From Octopus sinensis (Eukaryota): a DNA stretch of 64,000 nucleotides. This document shows, piece by piece, positions 60,201 to 64,000 of the stretch. A model generated the notes under the pieces. It searched no databases and had not been told where the DNA came from. It was given only the letters and a program-made list of their open reading frames with translations. Each line of letters starts with the position of its first letter. Within the stretch, counting starts at the first letter, position 1. Made by a program: the position numbers and the translations under genes. The stretch lies in assembly GCF_006345805.1 (NCBI RefSeq), contig NC_043010.1, positions 65,844,001 to 65,908,000 of the forward strand. Direction: 5' to 3'.

Positions 60201-62480
60201 TTAGCGTGGTTTCTACAGCTGGATGCCCTTCCTAACACCAACCACTTTACAAAGTGTACAGGGGGCTCTTTACATAACACCAATACCAGTGTTTTATATG
60301 TGGCACCACAGTGGATACTTTTTGCATGGCACCAGAACAGGTGCTTTTTACGTGGCACCAGCACAGGTGGTTGATTTGACAACCCATTTATCATTCTTCG
60401 TCGTCAGTATTGTCATTGTCTTTTTACAGTTTTATTCTGGTTCCTTATGTTCTGAGTTCAAATCTTGCTGAATTCAACTTTGTATTTCATTCATTCAGGG
60501 TCAATAAAATAACATACCAGCCAGTGTATTTTTATACCAGACACATCTGTATCAAGTACACATCTCTGTGTCAACCATATTCTTTTCTACTCTAGGCACA
60601 AGGTCCAGAATTTTGGGGGAGGTGGCCAGTCAATTAGATCGACCCCAGTACACAACTGGTATTTATTTCATCGACCCCGAAAGGATGAAAGGCAAAGTCG
60701 ACCTTGGCGGAATTTGAACTCAGAACGTAAAGACAATGAAATACTGCTAAGCATTTCGCCCTTGTGCTAACATTTCTTATTTCTTTACTACCCACAAGGG
60801 GCTACACACAGAGGGGACAAATAAGGACAGACAAACAGATTAAGTCAATTATATCTACCCCAGTGCATAACTGGTACTTATTTAATCGACCCTGAAAGGA
60901 TGAAAAGCAAAGTCGACCTTGGCAGAATTTGAACTCTGAACGTAGCAGCAGATGAAATACCGCTAAGCATTTCGCCTGGTGTGATAACATTTCTGCCAGC
61001 TTTCTGCCTTCTGTGTCAACCATATTTATTCTCAAACATATTTCTATATCAGACACATCTCTGCCAAATACACATTTGTATGTCACCCATATGTGTTCTC
61101 AAAAGTATTTTTCATATCAGACACGTCCGCATCGACTACACGTCTCTATGTCAACTCTCTTTTCCTATCAAACATATTTCTGTGTCAAAGCCATCCACAT
61201 CAAATATACATCTCTGTTGAGCAACTGACCCAGACAAAACATATTCTATCTAAACAAATATTTGAGTCAAAGAGTTGCCTGTCCAACACATTAAAATCCC
61301 TGTGACCATCACTCAATTTTCTTCTTTTTTTCAGCATCAACCAAGATGCCATCAATAATCTTCTGGAATTGACTAAATCAAGACCAAAGCCAGTTTGTCC
61401 AGCCTTCATCTTGGAATCACTGGATCTTGGCAATTCCTCCATTGACTCTGTCAACAGGTGCTGTAGCAGCAACTATTCTTTATTTTAACATTTTATTTAT
61501 TTACTAGCAGTATCGCCCGGTGTTGCTCAGGTTTGTAAGGGAAATAACTATATAAGCATCTTTTGAGAGTTATAGCCAAAAAATAGCAAAAAAATGCATT
61601 AAAAATGGAAAAAAAATTATGGTAAATTTTTTTTTAAATCGTTGACTCATCGTAGACATTTTTAGAGAGTTACTTCCCTTATATAATAGCGAAAAAATGT
61701 ATTAAAATGGAAAAAAATGATGGTAAATTTTTTTTTAAATCGTAGACTCATCGTAGACGCGCGCTAATACCCAGAAGGGCTCGATATGAATCACGACTAT
61801 AAGATACCCGGTTTTGGTTAAACTGCACTGCAAAATGTGGGAGTAGTTAGGAATCTAAATCGTAGGAGACAGAAACCACACAACCTCACTTTTATATATA
61901 AAGATATTCATATTTGCATAGTTAGGCCTGGCTGTGTAGAAATATTCTGAAACTTGCTTGTCTTTTTGTCTCAGCCAACATCAAGAAAGAACCCTGGTCC
62001 CAGGTAAGCTTTGGTTTCAGTCAGATATTGGGATGGTGGTACATGTGGTTGGTAAGCAAGCTACTTACCACACAGCCACTCCTGCACCTATTTTCAATGG
62101 GTTTCTTTCAGTTTCTGCTTAACCAAATCCACTTAAATTCCCAAGGTGTCGTTCGGTGGGGTTGAACTTGTAATTATGTGGTTGAGAAGCAAGTTTTTTG
62201 TCCACACTGCCGTATCTGTACTTATGTTTCTGCTAATTGTTTTAATAAGATGCATGGCTTCATCTGCGAAATTTTAAGACAGTCATAGAAGTTAGTTTTA
62301 ATATGTCTTTTGGATCTTAGAATTCACTATTGTAATATTCTTTTCAGGACTGTCCCAGAATCTTCCAGTCATCCTCACTGTGATAAACAACAACCACCAC
62401 CAACCACATTAAACAGAGACTGTGTGGTCGGTGACGGAGGCAGAGTGGCATCATCTCAAACAAGGAATAATGAAGAACAG
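13608..62480 (+). CDS. SFI1: SFI1 centrin-binding protein homolog, 27 coding exons, 3' incomplete (~1202 aa in window)
   Basis: Exons join in frame across GT-AG introns. The N-terminal motif [25 protein letters not shown]...FG is followed by many Sfi1 repeats (A..H....LL...F..W). Exon peptides are colinear with recalled human SFI1, e.g. ALWHWSTTLQRK versus ALWFWAFSLQAK. Confidence 0.9.
17171..17445 (+). mobile_element. tRNA-headed SINE family D (GGAGGCGCAATGGCCCAGTGGTTAGGGC...); also ~30350 and ~37652
   Basis: A-box TGGCCCAGTGG and B-box GGTTTCGATTCC (intact in the 30350 copy), followed by a shared body. Confidence 0.8.
17498..17680 (+). CDS. SFI1: SFI1 exon 2
   Basis: cag| ...[19 protein letters not shown]; donor CAG|GTAACT. 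An alternative in-frame acceptor exists at 17492. Confidence 0.85.
17934..18388. mobile_element. hAT-like MITE with nested (CAT)n-tailed retro-fragment; related copy ~54313-54584
   Basis: Termini CAGTGGCTCTCAA...TTGAGAACCACTG. The nested insert is flanked by a TTAAATATTAT duplication. Confidence 0.6.
19066..19780 (+). mobile_element. tRNA-headed, hammerhead-containing Penelope-like non-autonomous element (interrupted by a family A SINE)
   Basis: tRNA-like head at ~19105-19170, (AAT)n, body, and a hammerhead motif at 19693-19738. Flanked by an imperfect 15-bp duplication (AATAAACATGCAAGT / AATTAATATGCAAGT). Confidence 0.7.
19693..19738 (+). ncRNA. Minimal type I hammerhead ribozyme motif
   Basis: GACAC-CTGATGA-t-GGCTG(10 nt)CAGCC-GAAAC-ATT-GTGTT. 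Stems I and II pair; stem III is degenerate. Confidence 0.6.
20606..20677 (+). CDS. SFI1: SFI1 exon 3
   Basis: [23 protein letters not shown]; phase 2/2. Confidence 0.88.
20769..20960. repeat. 32-bp minisatellite, 6 units, with degenerate continuation to ~21300
   Basis: Unit GTGGAGCTTAGGTGATATGGAAATAGGGTAC(A/T). Confidence 0.9.
22097..22322 (+). mobile_element. SINE family B (GGCGGCGAGCTGGCAG...CTTTCATCCTTTCGGGGTCGATAAATTAAGTACC); other copies ~4720-, 12625+, 23320+, 37020-37625, 45491+, 48552+, 55985-, 60635-61000-
   Basis: Many high-identity ~230-bp copies with a B-box-like GTTCAAATTC. Confidence 0.85.
22397..22507 (+). CDS. SFI1: SFI1 exon 4
   Basis: AHWRRCILRKTFSVWYDIWWVQRKEWRMNIRAICLL; donor CA|GTAAGT. 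Confidence 0.9.
24442..24536 (+). CDS. SFI1: SFI1 exon 5
   Basis: YQRRTKVLHRWKQFVLLSKEKRSKLALASSH; donor C|GTAAGT. Confidence 0.88.
24703..25319. repeat. ~617-bp palindrome (~300-bp arms, ~23-nt loop), probably Penelope-derived
   Basis: The arms are reverse complements over nearly their whole length and contain a degenerate hammerhead-like TTGAAAA-AGTC..GAC-GAAACCGGTA. Confidence 0.9.
26199..26316 (+). CDS. SFI1: SFI1 exon 6
   Basis: SRYLKQRSLTLWQHYLRRRHSKSQMSLLAEDFHTHKLL; phase 1/2. Confidence 0.87.
27483..27803. repeat. (CTT)n/(CCT)n pure polypyrimidine microsatellite, ~320 bp
   Basis: Directly visible. Confidence 0.97.
28042..28144 (+). CDS. SFI1: SFI1 exon 7
   Basis: RSWSQWLREIDTAAIRKEQERIATSLYHSHILAI; phase 2/0. 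Confidence 0.88.
28771..28927 (+). CDS. SFI1: SFI1 exon 8
   Basis: AWKIWCRANED...LRLTYTKWMSYIALRREKTYLK; phase 0/1; weak donor GTATTT. Confidence 0.85.
29006..30188. mobile_element. Tc1/mariner-type MITE with nested insertions
   Basis: TA|CAGGGTGGCCCAAAAGTAGGTTTACA ... TGTAAACCTACTTTTGGGGTACCCTG|TA: terminal inverted repeats with TA flanks. Confidence 0.8.
29187..30048 (+). mobile_element. tRNA-headed hammerhead/Penelope-like element with inverted 3' copy at its 5' end
   Basis: Perfect 12-bp TSD CATTACTCTATG (29175-29186; 30049-30060). The inverted end carries a hammerhead motif at 29264-29308 (-). The tRNA-like head is at ~29367-29425. Confidence 0.75.
32186..32220 (+). ncRNA. Minimal hammerhead-like motif in a ~200-bp repeat (second copy 49881-49915; related partial copy 47485-47512)
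   Basis: GTTT-CCGACGA-a-GAGC-TCC-GCTC-GAAAC-GTT-AAAC, a U4C core variant. Confidence 0.55.
32632..32793 (+). CDS. SFI1: SFI1 exon 9
   Basis: VADKFFKEKICYQSFQAW...LRTMWLHWRI; ends at U12-type donor |GTATCCTTT. Confidence 0.88.
32794..33823 (+). other. U12-type (minor spliceosome) GT-AG intron of SFI1
   Basis: 5' site GTATCCTTT at 32794 and branch site TCCTTAAT at 33804-33811. The AG at 33822-33823 lies 13 nt after the branch A. The join keeps the frame (phase 1). Confidence 0.85.
33824..33894 (+). CDS. SFI1: SFI1 exon 10
   Basis: (Y)IEMCKQKRNQFFVAVNYYRLRLL; donor CTG|GTGAGC. Confidence 0.85.
35118..35210 (+). CDS. SFI1: SFI1 exon 11
   Basis: KYGMAGFYLNWNQKKRLRTLSNLCKGIHKRQ; phase 0/0; strong splice sites. 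Confidence 0.82.
38062..38159 (+). CDS. SFI1: SFI1 exon 12
   Basis: LLKMSWNCWSDKLDLKYDQRLIPLTQRAQSFY; phase 0/2. Confidence 0.87.
39346..39615. repeat. ~270-bp palindrome of a Penelope-like end; the same family occurs at ~7868-8060
   Basis: ~125-bp arms CTGTTGTGTCTGGGGAGAGTC...CAACCTTTTCAA and its reverse complement, with a 15-nt loop. Confidence 0.88.
39760..39826 (+). CDS. SFI1: SFI1 exon 13
   Basis: LHLLQKFFDAWFHYTAWRIQCQ; phase 2/0. Confidence 0.88.
40833..40963 (+). CDS. SFI1: SFI1 exon 14
   Basis: AQRSRAKAHFYVTILPKVFYHWTLYVDQQKYQRAMSQQAEEYW; phase 0/2. Confidence 0.88.
42319..42400 (+). CDS. SFI1: SFI1 exon 15
   Basis: DNLTAKVFALWQEAAVKKHEVRRMEVM; donor ATG|GTAAGT. Confidence 0.88.
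42853..43180 (-). mobile_element. Non-autonomous Helitron-like element
   Basis: On the - strand, A|TC...hairpin CCCGAGCAACGCCGGG...CTAG|T. A related copy lies at 61504-61904. Confidence 0.7.
43284..43364 (+). CDS. SFI1: SFI1 exon 16
   Basis: AILHYNRVTMCKTLATWKKRTSQCHLV; phase 0/0. Confidence 0.86.
44719..44804 (+). CDS. SFI1: SFI1 exon 17
   Basis: DEACYHRQKAALRKFFLAWREYIEDIHN; phase 0/2. Confidence 0.86.
45829..45904 (+). CDS. SFI1: SFI1 exon 18
   Basis: NRLEMLATVCYYSHIQRRCLTAWIQ; phase 2/0. Confidence 0.85.
46395..47906. mobile_element. Rearranged Tc1/mariner-superfamily (DD41D/rosa-like) transposon remnant
   Basis: WPARSPDLTVCDFFLYGYMK on + (46862-47176) and an inverted copy on - (46395-46620). 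An N-terminal HTH-like piece with SGRP lies on -. The TIR end GGACACCCTG|TA is at ~47906. Confidence 0.8.
47932..48104 (+). CDS. SFI1: SFI1 exon 19
   Basis: FHQTCQQKQLIYKRAQQHHESHLYCKYFSAWRLY...RHKIL; phase 0/2. Confidence 0.88.
48895..49134 (-). mobile_element. CR1/L2-type LINE 3' end, inverted relative to the 50790-51185 copy
   Basis: EAWNKLPASVVSCRSTASFKTSML plus 3'UTR and (TTA)n tail. Confidence 0.8.
49164..49266 (+). CDS. SFI1: SFI1 exon 20
   Basis: ERFRHWYTVSRHGVLNRQQEQTAAVFYNRNLLSK; phase 2/0. Confidence 0.85.
50790..51185 (+). mobile_element. CR1/L2-type LINE 3' end
   Basis: SNTRGHIYKVRK...RKHFFMLRVAEAWNKLP matches the typical TRGH...FF..RV...WN.LP terminus. Confidence 0.82.
52985..53081 (+). 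CDS. SFI1: SFI1 exon 21
   Basis: IMFTWRAYSAIHAYKKSETRSWVATVQTTLEQ; phase 0/1. Confidence 0.86.
53330..54678 (+). mobile_element. Decayed maT/DD37D-like transposon
   Basis: SSEGDVMPPHIFEQGPRLNSDTFVKLL...KTQKWWSENFYDFTSPNYCPPNSTNCNPMDYYV...AEGSYFD; TIR-like end CATCCTG|TA. Confidence 0.75.
53611..53992. repeat. 15-bp minisatellite (~25 units) inside the transposase remnant
   Basis: Unit AGGATT(G/A)CT(G/A)CTAGA. Confidence 0.95.
54921..55101. repeat. ~180-bp palindrome with a hammerhead-like motif on - strand (54937-54993)
   Basis: TATTTGGTAGCCATGATAAAACTCCAAGT... and its reverse complement; - strand TAA-CTGAAGA-GAT..ATC-C-GAAAC-TTGGA-GTT-TTA. Confidence 0.8.
55308..55468 (+). CDS. SFI1: SFI1 exon 22
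   Basis: RLWRMYNVWQTQY...AIVHHRRKLLSKAFATWTHWVVNNYKKK; phase 1/0. Confidence 0.89.
56336..56485 (+). CDS. SFI1: SFI1 exon 23
   Basis: LLKMQADWFNQTRITITAFAVWQQQL...ALWHWSTTLQRK; donor AAG|GTAAGA. Confidence 0.9.
57610..57860 (+). mobile_element. CR1-group LINE 3' fragment
   Basis: SLGFRGPQLFNILPKCLRDLHGVNVGFFKTKLDLFLSRVPDEP. Confidence 0.7.
58004..58180 (+). CDS. SFI1: SFI1 exon 24
   Basis: VFRGWKEFVCDSLRKKSRIQAA...LLRQGLQKWL...AQAQQTQ; phase 0/0. Confidence 0.89.
59156..59367 (+). CDS. SFI1: SFI1 exon 25
   Basis: EALSTFCLAQKFALRWKLYV followed by a low-complexity linker; phase 0/2. Confidence 0.84.
61335..61457 (+). CDS. SFI1: SFI1 exon 26
   Basis: INQDAINNLLELTKSRPKPVCPAFILESL, resembling the RKQPRRPHFLLE motif recalled from human SFI1. 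Donor position is less certain. Confidence 0.75.
61504..61904 (-). mobile_element. Non-autonomous Helitron-like element
   Basis: Same CTAG/hairpin end as the 42853 copy; internal ~90-bp tandem duplication. Confidence 0.65.
62348..62480 (+). CDS. SFI1: SFI1 exon 27 (last seen)
   Basis: ttttcag| TVPESSSHPHCDKQQPPP...RNNEEQ |GTAATT; open when entered at phase 2. Confidence 0.65.
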
Positions 62481-62819
62481 GTAATTTATTTTGCTTTCGA
62501 TGCTGGTGCCACCTCACCAGTGCTGATGTCACATTGCCAGTACTGGTGCCATGTAAAAAGTACCTGGTTCCCTCTGTAAAGTGGCTGGCTTTAGGAAGGA
62601 CATCCAGCCATTGAAACCATGCCAACACTGACAGTAGAGCTTGGTGCAGTCGTCTGACTTACCAGCTCCTATCAAGCCATCCAACCCATGCTAGCATGGA
62701 AGATGAGCGTTATATGATGATGATGTAACCAGTTTATTAGGACTGATTCAGTCATTAATCAATTGATGACTGCATGGTGGTGGGCAGCAGCGGTTCCACT
62801 ACCACTACTGCTGCTGCTG

Positions 62820-63185
62820 CTGTTGTTGTTGTTGTTGTTGTTAAGCAACAAGATGGGTAAGGGTGATTTCACTACATCCGTTCTGTGGGTTGGGATTTCA
62901 CTGCGTCCGTTCTGTGGCAGGTCGGGAGTGGAAGTCCACTTTTCCCAGATCAGAAGGACAAGGAGAGGATCACTGGCCAGAGCGTCTGGGTGGGGGTTGG
63001 CATTTGTGGCGGGCGATGGATCCGTGGACAGTCGTAGATGACATGCTCTGCCATCTCCTCTCCCATTCCGCACTTTCTGCAGGTTCTGTCTATGGCTCGG
63101 TCGATCTTGTAGAGCCAGTACTTGAGGTCCAGGTGATGACCACCCTTAAGTCGGCTGAGTGTCACCTGCTGCTGCTTGGTTAGAG
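62820..63185 (-). mobile_element. I/Nimb-like LINE 3' fragment
   Basis: LSRLKGGHH...CRKCGMGEEMAEHVIYDCP (CCHC knuckle) with a (CAA)n tail. Confidence 0.7.
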
Positions 63186-63821
63186 ATGAATCAGCAGCTC
63201 AGCTCACTTTCTCTCCATGTTGATGCTGTTGTTGACAAATATTAGTGAATAATTCAGCTGCCTTATATCTAGAATTTCACCAAATTCTCAAAGATAGCTA
63301 TGGAACCCATATTAATCATAGCAAGACACATCAGGAAGCTATAAAATAAAGTACCAGCCAAGTTAGGATTAATAGTATGAACTAATCCCTCCTCCATGAA
63401 TTGCTAACCAAACCAGCTCCCTATAGTCTCTGTGAACAGCTTCAAGTTTGAATGTGGGCAGTAATTCCCTCATGGGGAAGGGGTTCCCTCAGCCTTGCTA
63501 CAGCTTATGGAATGTTTTTATTTCCATATCATTCACCAACTTTAATAATGAAGACACTTGACCCATCTTAAAGACAGGGTCAGCTGTCTTCAGAACAGGG
63601 GCCAAACAGGGGATTTCATGCATAATTTACATTGAATGTGTTTATCTATTTGTGTGGTGCCCCTTAATTCCAAAGTGTAATTTAAAGTTCAAAATATAGA
63701 GTACAAGACTGAAATAAAAAAATAATAAAATAGTGTACAAGATAGGGGTCTCCAAAAGGGGTCTAAGGGAGTAGCATCCCTGCCTTCCTGAGCTAGTTTT
63801 CCACCACATTTCTTAAAAATT

Positions 63822-64000
63822 GTGTCATCAGGTGTCTTGGGGAAAATTCAGGCATATGGCATAGCGGTTAAGAGCGCGGGCTACTAACCCCAAGATTCCA
63901 AGTTCGATTCCAGGCATTGACCTGAATAATTATAATAATAACATCGAAAAATACTTTAGGAATGAGAACTTAGGTTCAAAATTTCCCCAAGACACCTGAT
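63822..64000 (+). mobile_element. tRNA-headed hammerhead/Penelope-like element, uninterrupted copy truncated by window end
   Basis: An inverted stub TCATCAGGTGTCTTGGGGAAA, then A-box TGGCATAGCGG, B-box GTTCGATTC, (AAT)n, body, ending GACACCTGAT. Confidence 0.75.

Overview
AT-rich eukaryotic genomic DNA, dense in microsatellites and SINEs. The repeat families and the (TA)n/(CAT)n landscape point to a coleoid cephalopod, most likely Octopus (inference). Two host genes lie on the + strand. (1) A STEAP-family (STEAP4-like) metalloreductase with an uninterrupted CDS at 6211-7584. (2) A large SFI1 (centrin-binding centriolar protein) gene, assembled by hand into 27 frame-consistent GT-AG exons from ATG 13608 to 62480. 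It gives 3606 nt, about 1202 codons with no stop, so it probably continues past the window. SFI1 intron 9 (32794-33823) has U12-type (minor spliceosome) signals, and an RFX X-box-like motif lies about 180 bp upstream of the ATG. The introns carry several tRNA-derived SINE families, decayed Tc1/mariner, hAT, Helitron and LINE fragments, long palindromes, and many minimal hammerhead-ribozyme motifs. The most unusual item is a repeated non-autonomous element combining a tRNA-like Pol III head, a hammerhead motif, Penelope-style inverted ends and target-site duplications. No database searches were run. Homology statements rest on motif recognition and on recalled human SFI1 sequence.
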